A stretch of 64,000 bases of DNA from Deltaproteobacteria bacterium (GCA_012729055.1 JAAYDW010000051.1:305-64304); one strand, 5' to 3'. Positions 1 to 8,275 are shown, counted from the first letter of the stretch. Made by a program: numbers and translations. Notes: a model not told the origin generated them from the letters alone.

Positions 1-2064
1 GAATGCAAATTAAACTTCTTTCAATCAAAGAAGGCGGGCAAGATAGCGGTTGTCACCATGGACAACGGGCAGTTTCCCAATATCCCGAATACCTGGGGCG
101 TTGAAGCCCTCGAATCCCTGAACAAGGTGCTCGATATTGTCGAAAAAGATAAGGACGTCAAGGGATGGTTTCTGACCGGCAAGCCTTTCATTTTCAATGT
201 CGGCGCGGATATCATGAGCGCGGACCCGAATGCGAAAAGAGAAGACGCCCTCACCATCGGCGCGATGGGGCACGCGGCCTTCAAGCGGATTCTGAATCTT
301 CCGTATCCGACGCTGGCGGCTTACAACGGCGCGACCATGGGCGGCGGCGTCGAAGTCGGGCTTTATCACAAATACCGAACCATCTCCAAAAGCCCGGGCG
401 GCTGCGATCACTATGCGCTGCCCGAATGCTTTCTGGGCCTGGTGCCGGGCTGGGGCGGAACACAGCTTGTCACCAAATTGTGCGGCCCGGAGATCGCCAT
501 CGAACTCGTCATTTCGAATCCGCTCAATATGAATAAAATGATCAATTCCATAAAGGCCCTGGAAATGGGACTGGCGGACAGGATGTTCGCACCGGCGGAA
601 TTCGTGGATGAATCCCTGGCGCTCCTCGAGCGCATCATTGCCGGCGAAGAAAAGATCGAGCGCAAAGCGGTCGATCCGAAGATGAGCGACGAGCTTTACC
701 AAAAGACCAAAGCAATGATTGTCGGCAGGGTTCATTCCGGCGCATTGGCCCCCTATCGCGCGCTGGAACTCATCAAGGGAGCAGGCGTTTGGTCGCTCGA
801 TGAAGGGTTCCAGAAGGAAAACGAAGCGCTGGCCGACATGATCACCTCCGATCAGTTCAAATGCGGCCTTTACTCGTTCGACCTCACCCAGCGCCGGGCC
901 AAGAAACTTCCGGGCCGGCCGCCTAAAGAAGTCAAGGGAAACAAGATTGCCAAAATCGGTGTGATCGGCGCGGGACTTATGGCCTCCCAGATGGCGCTTT
1001 TGTTTGCACAGCGCTACCAGTGCCCGGTCGTCATGAAAGACATTAAACAGGAATTCGTGGACAAGGGCCTGGCTTACTGCAAGGATCAGCTGGCCAAGAG
1101 CGCGAAGAAAGGCAAACTGTCCGCGGCCGACGCCAGATGGATCGGCGAAGATCTGATCAGCGGCACAATTACCTATGAACCGTTTGGGGATTGCGACTTC
1201 GTGATCGAAGCCGTTTTCGAAGAAATAGGCATCAAGCAGAAGGTCTTCGGCGAACTGGAAGCCGCCTGCAAGCCCGAGTGCATGTTCCTGACCAACACCT
1301 CGTCGCTCGATGTCGCCGAGATGGGCAAATTCCTGAAAGATCCGTCCCGCGTGGTCGGATTCCACTTCTTTAATCCCATCGCCATGATGCCGCTGGTTGA
1401 GATCATTAAAACGGACAAGACCAGCGATGTCGTCCTGGCCACGGCTTTCGACATTGCCAAAAAGATCAGGAAGACGCCGGTCCTGGTGGCAAACGCGCCC
1501 GGCTTCCTCGTGAACCGCGTTCTGACGGCCATGTCGGACGGCATCTTCCGCGTGCTCGACGAAGGTGCCGATTTCCTGCAGACGGACATGGCCATTCACG
1601 AGATGGGCTTCCCCATGTCGCCTTTCACCCTGACCGCTCTGGTGGGCCCCGCTATCTCCCTGCACGTGCTCGAAACCCTGAACAAAGCGTGGCCGGACCG
1701 GTTCAAGGTGAATGAGGGCCTCAAGAACCTGGTGGCCAAAGGGAAAAAGGCCATCCTGATTCTCACCGACAAGGGCATAGCCGTCGATCCGGAAATTTTG
1801 GCCGGCTGGCCGCAGGGCAACAAGAAGTTCACCGACGACGAGATCCGGCAGAGAGTGCTGGAACGGATCGCCGTGGAAGTCGACATCATCCTCAAAGAAG
1901 GCGTCGTAGCGAGCCCGAAAGATGTGGATACGGGGGTCATCATGGGCGCCGGCTGGCCGTTGTTCATGGGCGGGATCACGCCTTATCTGGATCAGAAAGG
2001 CATTTCGAAAAAGGTAACGGGGAGCGACTTCCACCCGAACGGTTTTCTGGCAATAGAAAAATAG
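1..2064 (+). CDS. Bifunctional enoyl-CoA hydratase / 3-hydroxyacyl-CoA dehydrogenase (FadB/FadJ-like); 5' end lies outside the window
   Basis: Frame 1 is open from base 1 (..KIAVVTMDNG..), so the ATG at 58 is internal. Crotonase-type N-terminus (FIFNVGADI). Rossmann GxGxxG (IGVIGAGLMASQMA). 3-hydroxyacyl-CoA DH region (GFHFFNPIAMMPLVEI). Confidence 0.9.
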   Translation, partial: ECKLNFFQSKKAGKIAVVTMDNGQFPNIPNTWGVEALESLNKVLDIVEKDKDVKGWFLTGKPFIFNVGADIMSADPNAKREDALTIGAMGHAAFKRILNLPYPTLAAYNGATMGGGVEVGLYHKYRTISKSPGGCDHYALPECFLGLVPGWGGTQLVTKLCGPEIAIELVISNPLNMNKMINSIKALEMGLADRMFAPAEFVDESLALLERIIAGEEKIERKAVDPKMSDELYQKTKAMIVGRVHSGALAPYRALELIKGAGVWSLDEGFQKENEALADMITSDQFKCGLYSFDLTQRRAKKLPGRPPKEVKGNKIAKIGVIGAGLMASQMALLFAQRYQCPVVMKDIKQEFVDKGLAYCKDQLAKSAKKGKLSAADARWIGEDLISGTITYEPFGDCDFVIEAVFEEIGIKQKVFGELEAACKPECMFLTNTSSLDVAEMGKFLKDPSRVVGFHFFNPIAMMPLVEIIKTDKTSDVVLATAFDIAKKIRKTPVLVANAPGFLVNRVLTAMSDGIFRVLDEGADFLQTDMAIHEMGFPMSPFTLTALVGPAISLHVLETLNKAWPDRFKVNEGLKNLVAKGKKAILILTDKGIAVDPEILAGWPQGNKKFTDDEIRQRVLERIAVEVDIILKEGVVASPKDVDTGVIMGAGWPLFMGGITPYLDQKGISKKVTGSDFHPNGFLAIEK

Positions 2065-2113
2065 CGTGTTGAGTGAGCGAAATTTGCTCGATCAACAGAG
2101 ACACCACAATATA

Positions 2114-2199
2114 GCAGGGAACGGCTTGCGACCTCGCGCCACCTTCAGTGTGGTCAGGTTATCGCGACCACCCTTGCGGGCGGCAAGACCGTTCCCTGC
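2114..2199 (+). other. Intercistronic long-range RNA stem-loop
   Basis: GCAGGGAACGGCTTGC (2114-2129) is complementary to GCAAGACCGTTCCCTGC (2183-2199) with one bulged A. It lies in the gap between the fadB-like stop and the acd start. Confidence 0.4.
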
Positions 2200-2230
2200 A
2201 TCTCATCAACAATGGAAGGAGGAGGTTTCT

Positions 2231-4069
2231 ATGGCAAGTTTGTGGATTGATGAAAGAGATATCAAATTTCAGTTGTATGAGGTTTTCAATATCGGAGAAA
2301 CGATTCTGGGCAAGGGACGTTACACCGATCATGACGTCGACATGTGCAACATGGTGCTCGATCAGGCGCAGAAGTTCGCCGAGACCGACATCGCTCCCAC
2401 CTATCCGGATGAAGTTCATCGCAAACCGGTCGAAGCGGTCTTCAAGGAAGGCAAAGTGCTCGCGCCGGAAGCCTATCATCGCATCTGGAAGGTTTATAAC
2501 GAAGGCGGCTGGATGTCCGTATCCGATTCGGCCGAAGTCGGCGGGCAGGTCTTTCCGCAGATCATCGGGGCGTCCTGCTACCACATGTTCCTGGCCGCCA
2601 ACCAGGCCTTTTTGATGTACGCGGGACTGACGCACGGCGCGGCGCGGCTTGTGGAAGACTTCTTCCAGCACCCCCTGCGCGAAGTCATCCTCGAAAAGAT
2701 GTACACGGGCGTGTGGGGCGGCACAATGTGCCTCACCGAACCCAGCGCCGGTTCCGACGTGGGCGCGCTCAAGACGACCGCCAAAAGGAATGCGGACGGC
2801 ACGTACTCCATTACCGGCACCAAGTGCTTCATCTCCGCCGGCGACCATGACCTGACGGAAAACATCATTCATCCGGTGCTCGCCCGCATTGAAGGCGATC
2901 CTGCCGGCACGAAGGGGATTTCCATTTTTGTCGTTCCCAAGATCCGCATCAACGAGAAGGGCGAACTGGGCGAGCCCAACGACGTCAACTGCGGCGGCAT
3001 CGAAAGCAAGATGGGCATTCACGGCAACGCCACCTGTACGCTGAACTTCGGCGAGAACGGCAAATGCATCGGCTACCTCATGGGCGAAGAGCGCGCCGGC
3101 ATGAAGATCATGTTCCAGATGATGAACGAAGAACGCCAGGGCGTCGGCATGATGGGCGTTTCGCTCGCGATGGCGGCGTACCTGCACGCGCTCGACTACG
3201 CCAAACAGCGCCTCCAGGGCCAGAACATCATCTCCGTGGCCATGAAGGACGAAAAGGCGCCTCAGGTGCCGATCATCCAGCATCCGGACGTCCGCCGCAT
3301 GCTGCTGAGGCAGAAGTCCGTCACGGAAGGCATCCGGGCGCTGACGTTCCTTTGCTACTATGCGATGGACAAGGAAATGATTGCTCATAACGAGAACAAC
3401 GAGCAGGACAAAGAATACTGGCACGGCATGATCGAAATGCTGACCCCGATGGTCAAATCCTACTGCACCGAGATGGGCATGGACGTCTGCCAGCTGGCCG
3501 TGCAGACCTACGGCGGATACGGCTTCTGCCGTGAATATCCGGTCGAGCAGATGATGCGCGACCAGAAGATCAACCTGATTTATGAAGGCACCAACGGTAT
3601 TCAGGCGATGGATCTTCTGGGACGTAAACTCGGAATGAAGAAGGGATTGTATTTCATGAATCTTCTGGGGCTGACCCAGGCGGCAATTGCCGAGGCCAAG
3701 AAATCCGACGCGCTTGCAGCCGAAGCCGCCGTTGTGGAAGGCGCGCTCAACGCCTGCGCGGGAGCCGCCATGGAATTCGCCAAGATGATGAAAACCACGC
3801 CATACGTTCCGCTCATCGGCGCCGCGGATTACCTCAACTGCCTGTCCGACGCGCTCGTGGGCTGGCTGCATATCTGGATGGCCAACGCCGCCGCCAAGGG
3901 CCTGGCCAATGCCGCAAACGACAGGGAAAAAGCGTTCTACAACGGTAAAATCCAGGGAGCGAAATTCTTCATCAACCGCATCACCGCGCTGGTACCGGCC
4001 AAACTGGAGACCCTCAAGAAGGACGAGCAGAGCGCCATGAACATCGCCGAAGAAGCCTTTGCCGTCTAA
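2231..4069 (+). CDS. Acyl-CoA dehydrogenase (long, about 610 aa form with C-terminal extension)
   Basis: ATG at 2231 is preceded by GGAAGGAGGAGG. Motifs TEPSAGSDVGALKT and YEGTNGIQAMDLLGRK are typical of the ACAD family. The upstream part of the 2066 ORF is Arg/Pro-rich and looks non-coding. Confidence 0.9.
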   Translation: MASLWIDERDIKFQLYEVFNIGETILGKGRYTDHDVDMCNMVLDQAQKFAETDIAPTYPDEVHRKPVEAVFKEGKVLAPEAYHRIWKVYNEGGWMSVSDSAEVGGQVFPQIIGASCYHMFLAANQAFLMYAGLTHGAARLVEDFFQHPLREVILEKMYTGVWGGTMCLTEPSAGSDVGALKTTAKRNADGTYSITGTKCFISAGDHDLTENIIHPVLARIEGDPAGTKGISIFVVPKIRINEKGELGEPNDVNCGGIESKMGIHGNATCTLNFGENGKCIGYLMGEERAGMKIMFQMMNEERQGVGMMGVSLAMAAYLHALDYAKQRLQGQNIISVAMKDEKAPQVPIIQHPDVRRMLLRQKSVTEGIRALTFLCYYAMDKEMIAHNENNEQDKEYWHGMIEMLTPMVKSYCTEMGMDVCQLAVQTYGGYGFCREYPVEQMMRDQKINLIYEGTNGIQAMDLLGRKLGMKKGLYFMNLLGLTQAAIAEAKKSDALAAEAAVVEGALNACAGAAMEFAKMMKTTPYVPLIGAADYLNCLSDALVGWLHIWMANAAAKGLANAANDREKAFYNGKIQGAKFFINRITALVPAKLETLKKDEQSAMNIAEEAFAV

Positions 4070-4091
4070 GCGACATTTAAAATTTACCCAA

Positions 4092-4121
4092 GGAAGGAGG
4101 AACCGCACGGTTCCTCCTTCC
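4092..4121 (+). terminator. GC-rich hairpin after acd (possible terminator, no clear U-tract)
   Basis: GGAAGGAGGAACCG..CGGTTCCTCCTTCC inverted repeat, 23 nt after the acd stop. Confidence 0.4.
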
Positions 4122-4365
4122 TTCCCCGAATTACAGAGCGACCCACCGTTCGTCCGCAAGGGTAAGAATAAAGATTTTTATCCTGTTTCCTCCCCCTCCC
4201 ATTTCCTTTCTTCTCTCTTTTCATTTCTGATACTGCTCCGGTTTATCGGCAATCCGACGCGCGATATTGCGAACCGGACCACGCGTGAATGGAGTCGCAA
4301 TCAGAGCTGAACAGGCAGGAAAAATCTTTGATCCGCATCCACCGCCGGAGCTGCGCAGGCAACTC

Positions 4366-4773
4366 ATGAAGACTTTCAGGAAACGGACAGGAATAGCCGG
4401 GATGGCGCTCGTCTTAACGGTTTCATTCTTCATTTTTCTCTGCGGGGAGGGCACGGCTTTCAACTTTCCGGCAGCCGGCCGGCGCCGCGGCGATGCATCC
4501 ATTGCCCGGGAAAATTCAAAAGCGGCTATCTCCAAAGCGCCGGAATTCGACAATCCCTATATCGAACTGGACATCATCGACTTTGCCGACGCCGATGGAC
4601 ACCGGATCGACCCGGTTTCGCACGACTGTCTGATGAAACGCGCCACGGAACTTCCCGGCGCTTTCAGCGAAAAATACGACAGCTATTCCAAGATTCCGCT
4701 AAACGCCGCCAATCCCAATCTGCCGCCGGGCATACCGGGCCGGACACGGCCTGGCCCTGTGGCGGATTGCTAA
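4366..4773 (+). CDS. Hypothetical small membrane-anchored/secreted protein
   Basis: N-terminal hydrophobic segment IAGMALVLTVSFFIFLCGEG. Codon usage looks like the neighbours. No recognisable family. Start is uncertain (a TTG at 4267 is the alternative). The 3' end overlaps the convergent activator gene by 4 nt. Confidence 0.5.
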   Translation: MKTFRKRTGIAGMALVLTVSFFIFLCGEGTAFNFPAAGRRRGDASIARENSKAAISKAPEFDNPYIELDIIDFADADGHRIDPVSHDCLMKRATELPGAFSEKYDSYSKIPLNAANPNLPPGIPGRTRPGPVADC

Positions 4774-6929
4774 TCGCCGAACGGTTTTCCGGCCAAGCCG
4801 TGCTTTTTCAATTTTCGAAAAAGCGTCGCCCTGGAGATATTGAGTTTGCGGGCAATCTGGACTTTGCTGAATTTCAAATCCAGCATCCGGCCGATGAGAT
4901 TCTTTTCCGTTTCATCGGGCGCCACCAGATCAAAGGAAGTGGATTTTGACCGGTCGATGCCGGCAATATCCGGCGGGACCAAATCAACCGTCAGGCGGTC
5001 CGAAACAGCGTAATTCACCATGCGTTCCACGACATTCTGCAGCTCCCGCACGTTTCCCGGCCAGGAATAACGCAGAAACATCTCCATCACCGTATCATCC
5101 ACGCCGGTGATGGTCTTGCCCAGGGCGGATGCGCATTTCTTAACAAACGCGTCCGCCAGCAGGGGAATGTCGTCTTTCCTCTCGCGCAGCGCCGGCAAAT
5201 GGATGTTGAAAACATTCAGACGGTAATAGAGGTCCTTGCGGAAACTTCCCCGCGCCACTTCCTCGATCAGGCTTTTGTTTGTTGCGCAGACAATCCGCAC
5301 ATCGACCGTCCGGATCTGGTTGGAGCCGATGCGCAGCACGCACTTGTCTTCAATCACGCGCAACAGCACCGCCTGAATTTCCAGGGGAATCTCGGCGATT
5401 TCGTCCAGAAGAATCGTGCCTCCGTCGGCCATTTCAAATTTTCCCTGGCTGCCGCCGCGACGCGACCCCGTGAACGCGCCTTCGCCGTAGCCGAACAGTT
5501 CGCTCGCCATCAGATCGCGGGGAATCGCCGCGCAGTTGATGGCCACATACGGGCCGTCCCGGCGCGGGCTGGCGTTGTGAATGGCTTGCGCCAGAATGTC
5601 TTTGCCCGTGCCGCTTTCACCCAGCAAAAGCACGTTGGACACGCTTTTCGAAATCACATGGGCTTCGTCGATAACCCGCCTAAACCGCTCGTTCCGGCCG
5701 TGGATATCGGAAAACTTCAGGTTGGCCTTGGCGCCCGCAAATTTATTCACCAGGGATTTGATTCTCTGGATTTCCGAAAAAATAAGAATCTTTCCGATGG
5801 CCGCTCCGCCGGACGAACAAATGCTGTTGCAGGTCAGCGTAAAGTCGCCGGGTCCTCTGGAGAAATAAAGGCGAACCTCTCTGTCGCTTTGCGGATCCCG
5901 ACGGTTGATCAAATTCCAGAAACGCCGGTTGGCTTCTTCGGGAAAGACGGTTTCCAGAGGCTCGCCCGTGACGGCGCTGTTTTCCAGTCCGAAGAGCTTT
6001 TGCGCGCGCTCGTTGACGGCGGTGATTTTCCCTTCGGTATTGACGGCGATCAGCGCTTCGGGAATGGAGGCAATAATCGCTTTTTGCAGGCTGTAGGCAA
6101 CGTCCGTTTCGGAAAAGGCGCTCTGCAGGCGGTCCAGCGCTTTGCGGAGTCTCAGCTCGTTTTCAATGGCGTGTACGGCGGCGATGGCCATGCCCAGCGT
6201 GTGCGGGTGCGCGCCGAATAAAAGAGAGATAATGCTGATGCCGCCGATGACCTCGCCTTCCGGATCGATAATCGGCGCGCTCGACGCGGCCAGAAAATGG
6301 AAGATCTGCTTGTAATGCTGGGCGCCGATGATCTGCAGCGGCTTTTTCTGCTTCAGCAGAGTCCCGATGGTGTTGGTGCCGCAGCATTCCTCCGTCCAGA
6401 GCGCGCCGGGGCGCCAGTTGTACTGGCGGTGGAGTTCCACGTACTTTTCATCCTGCATGACTTTCAGAATGTAGCCGTTTTTGTCGGAGAGCGACACGGT
6501 GAAACTGCTGGTCGTCATGGATTTGTAGAGCCTGTCCAGGAAAGGCTGACTGATATCGATGAGCAGCCGGTTGTTTTGAAACAGCTCCTCAAGGGCCCCG
6601 CCCGTCAGGATCTCATTGTTCAGTGCTCCGCAGGGATTGATTCCGTATTCCCGGCTGCGCTGCCAGCTTTTAAAAATCAGCGGCGGAACAACGGACGTGT
6701 CGATCTTTTCCGCGCCGCTGACAAACGCATTCCACTCGCCAAGCGTGAGCTCCTTGAATGCCAGCCACGCCCGCAGGACCTCCTGGGGAGTAACGCCCTT
6801 TTCCAGATCGACTTCGCCGTTGAAAATTTTGTAAAAGTCCAGCGGGGAATCGCTTCCCTGATGGCCCGGACGCGCGTCGTCTGCTTTGGACTTTTCTTTG
6901 GTGATGGTGTCGGTATTCAGATTCTCCAT
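4770..6929 (-). CDS. Sigma-54-dependent transcriptional activator, AcoR-like (GAF + PAS + AAA+ + Fis-type HTH)
   Basis: Walker A GESGTGKD, GAFTGS loop (GEGAFTGSRRGG), C-terminal HTH (KVQIARKLNISRATLFRKLKKHGL). AcoR-type N-terminus (FKSWQRSREYGINP) plus a GAF-like block. PAS segment (IPEALIAVNTEGKITAVNERAQKLF). Confidence 0.92.
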   Translation of the reverse strand: MENLNTDTITKEKSKADDARPGHQGSDSPLDFYKIFNGEVDLEKGVTPQEVLRAWLAFKELTLGEWNAFVSGAEKIDTSVVPPLIFKSWQRSREYGINPCGALNNEILTGGALEELFQNNRLLIDISQPFLDRLYKSMTTSSFTVSLSDKNGYILKVMQDEKYVELHRQYNWRPGALWTEECCGTNTIGTLLKQKKPLQIIGAQHYKQIFHFLAASSAPIIDPEGEVIGGISIISLLFGAHPHTLGMAIAAVHAIENELRLRKALDRLQSAFSETDVAYSLQKAIIASIPEALIAVNTEGKITAVNERAQKLFGLENSAVTGEPLETVFPEEANRRFWNLINRRDPQSDREVRLYFSRGPGDFTLTCNSICSSGGAAIGKILIFSEIQRIKSLVNKFAGAKANLKFSDIHGRNERFRRVIDEAHVISKSVSNVLLLGESGTGKDILAQAIHNASPRRDGPYVAINCAAIPRDLMASELFGYGEGAFTGSRRGGSQGKFEMADGGTILLDEIAEIPLEIQAVLLRVIEDKCVLRIGSNQIRTVDVRIVCATNKSLIEEVARGSFRKDLYYRLNVFNIHLPALRERKDDIPLLADAFVKKCASALGKTITGVDDTVMEMFLRYSWPGNVRELQNVVERMVNYAVSDRLTVDLVPPDIAGIDRSKSTSFDLVAPDETEKNLIGRMLDLKFSKVQIARKLNISRATLFRKLKKHGLAGKPFGD

Positions 6930-6965
6930 ATCTGACCTTCCTTATTTGTTTCCCGGCCGCGCCGC

Positions 6966-6983
6966 AGTATCAAATAAGTATCA
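6966..6983. promoter_or_regulatory. Direct repeat AGTATCA-N4-AGTATCA; candidate activator binding site / autoregulatory site
   Basis: Two exact 7-mers 11 bp apart. They lie about 130-150 bp upstream of the sigma-54 -24/-12 element and about 40-55 bp upstream of the activator ATG on the other strand. Confidence 0.3.
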
Positions 6984-7081
6984 TTATGGCAGTTCTGAGG
7001 TGAGCCGAGTGAAACATATTTGAGACCATTTATCCATCAAAAAAAACGGCCGCGGCCGCAATTCTTCGTATTTAGGTAACC

Positions 7082-7099
7082 AATACAAATAGTTGTATT
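7082..7099. promoter_or_regulatory. Inverted repeat AATACAA-ATAG-TTGTATT next to the sigma-54 element
   Basis: Perfect 7-bp arms, ending 15 bp upstream of TGGCAT. The region is AT-rich. Confidence 0.3.
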
Positions 7100-7113
7100 T
7101 ATACACCTGGCAT

Positions 7114-7129
7114 TGGCATGCGTCCTGCT
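7114..7129 (+). promoter_or_regulatory. Candidate sigma-54 (-24/-12) promoter for the polyesterase-foldase pair
   Basis: TGGCAT-GCGTC-CTGCT compared with consensus TGGCAC-N5-TTGCW. The invariant GG and GC have correct spacing. A divergent sigma-54 activator gene is adjacent. A sigma-70-like TTACAT-N17-TATAAT (7129-7157) overlaps and is an alternative. Confidence 0.55.
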
Positions 7130-7327
7130 TACATAATGCAAATTCACATTTTATAATCAACGGATTCTTTGTTCCGGTGACGCTTATTTTTACAACTGCC
7201 TGCCCGGCAGGAAGCACGCATTCACGAGGGGGGATGGTTCCAGAAAGCTTTTTTAAGCTTGTGCATTGTTACAACGGATGGGCCCAGGAAAGCAACAACT
7301 AAAATGCGTGCAAGTGCGGTGTTGGCC

Positions 7328-7352
7328 GCCGCCCGCCTCTATGGCGGGCGGC
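7328..7352 (+). other. Strong GC hairpin in the 5' leader of the polyesterase gene
   Basis: GCCGCCCGCC-tctat-GGCGGGCGGC, a 10-bp all-GC stem about 55 nt upstream of the ATG. No U-tract. Confidence 0.4.
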
Positions 7353-7406
7353 AGGCGGTAGAAAGCAACTTTTACAGAACTATTAAAAAAAGGGGAGGGG
7401 TTCTTT

Positions 7407-8249
7407 ATGAAAGTTTGGAAAGTATTGTTGGCTTCAATCTTTACGCTGCTGTTAACCGTCAGTCTGGCACATGCGGTGCAGATCGGTCCTGCGCCGACAT
7501 CCACTCTGCTCAACGGCGACGGGCCTTTTGCCGTATCGTCGAGCAGCGTCTCCAGTTGGGTGACGGGCTTCGGCGGGGGGACGATCTACTATCCGACCAC
7601 GTCCGGGCAGTATGCGGCCGTTGCGGTGTGCCCGGGCTTTACCGGAACAAGCTCTTCGATTTCCTGGTTTGCCCGAAGGCTCGCCACACACGGATTTGTG
7701 ACGATTGCCATGAACACGAACACCATCTATGATTATCCGTCGAGCCGCGCCACGCAGCTCGCCGCGGCGCTGCGCTACCTGCTCAACTCTTCGAGCAGCA
7801 CCATCCGCGCCCGCATCCGCACCGCCGACCGCGCCGTGGCGGGGCATTCGATGGGCGGCGGCGGCACGCTCATCGCGTCTGCGAATGATTCGACGCTGCG
7901 CGCCGGCATTCCGCTCACGCCGTGGAACACCTACACCAGTTTCTCCTCGGTGCGCGTGCCCCAGATGATTTTCGGCGCCGACGGAGATACCATTGCGCCT
8001 TATGCGTCGCATGCGCGCCCCTTCTACAACAGCCTCAGCTATCCGGAAAAAGCGTACGCCCTGCTCAACGGCGCAACGCACTTTACGCCGAACAGCACGG
8101 ATCAGCGCATCGGCCGCTACGGCGTGGCTTTCGCCAAGCGTTTCGTTGACGGCGACACCCGCTACACCCCGTTCCTGTGCGGCGCCGAGCACACGGCTTA
8201 CGCAACCAGCTTGCGGTTCGACACATATCTGAGCACCTGTCCGTATTAA
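7407..8249 (+). CDS. Secreted cutinase/PETase-family polyesterase (dienelactone-hydrolase-like alpha/beta hydrolase)
   Basis: RBS GGGGAGGGG. Signal peptide ..TVSLAHA/VQ. By-eye alignment to TfCut2/LCC/IsPETase: GTIYYPT, CPGFTG, ISWFARRLATHGFV, GHSMGGGGTL, IPLTPW, GADGDTIAP, PFYNSL, GATHFTPN, KRFVDGDTRYTPFLC, STCPY. Predicted triad Ser148/Asp194/His225. Cys258-Cys278 pair. Confidence 0.9.
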   Translation: MKVWKVLLASIFTLLLTVSLAHAVQIGPAPTSTLLNGDGPFAVSSSSVSSWVTGFGGGTIYYPTTSGQYAAVAVCPGFTGTSSSISWFARRLATHGFVTIAMNTNTIYDYPSSRATQLAAALRYLLNSSSSTIRARIRTADRAVAGHSMGGGGTLIASANDSTLRAGIPLTPWNTYTSFSSVRVPQMIFGADGDTIAPYASHARPFYNSLSYPEKAYALLNGATHFTPNSTDQRIGRYGVAFAKRFVDGDTRYTPFLCGAEHTAYATSLRFDTYLSTCPY

Positions 8250-8275
8250 AAGGCGGAAAACGGGAAACACGAAAC

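Noticed and set aside
25-2034. 669-aa ORF antisense to the fadB-like gene. The same pattern occurs at 2159-4159, 5199-6221, 7452-8321, 19421-21358, 21220-22395, 23893-25062, 27714-29804, 29850-30857, 30802-31905, 43317-45086, 47925-49271, 51744-52868, 52955-54724, 55492-56748, 59101-60384 and 61573-62370.
   Set aside because: These are shadow ORFs typical of GC-rich DNA. The translations are Arg/Gly/Asp/His/Pro-rich with no recognisable motifs, while the opposite strand in each case encodes a clearly recognisable protein family.
2066-2230. N-terminal extensions proposed by the ORF track: acd from 2066, aconitase from 19202, cysK from 37306, metY from 38651, MFS from 57144 and 56933, tolC from 33418, femAB-like from 13174.
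   Set aside because: The extensions are Arg/Pro/Ser-rich and lack similarity to the families. Internal ATGs give canonical N-termini and, where checked, have an RBS.
7039-7058. A8 tract followed by the palindrome CGGCCGCGGCCG, read on the minus strand as a hairpin plus T8 terminator.
   Set aside because: The palindrome leaves only a 2-nt loop, so the hairpin is poor. No minus-strand gene lies upstream that it could terminate. Similar NotI-type GC palindromes occur elsewhere (about 41274-41285).
7259-7732. 157-aa ORF spanning the leader and the 5' part of the polyesterase gene.
   Set aside because: It has a TTG start without an RBS and an Arg/Ala-rich translation. It overlaps a strongly supported gene in another frame.
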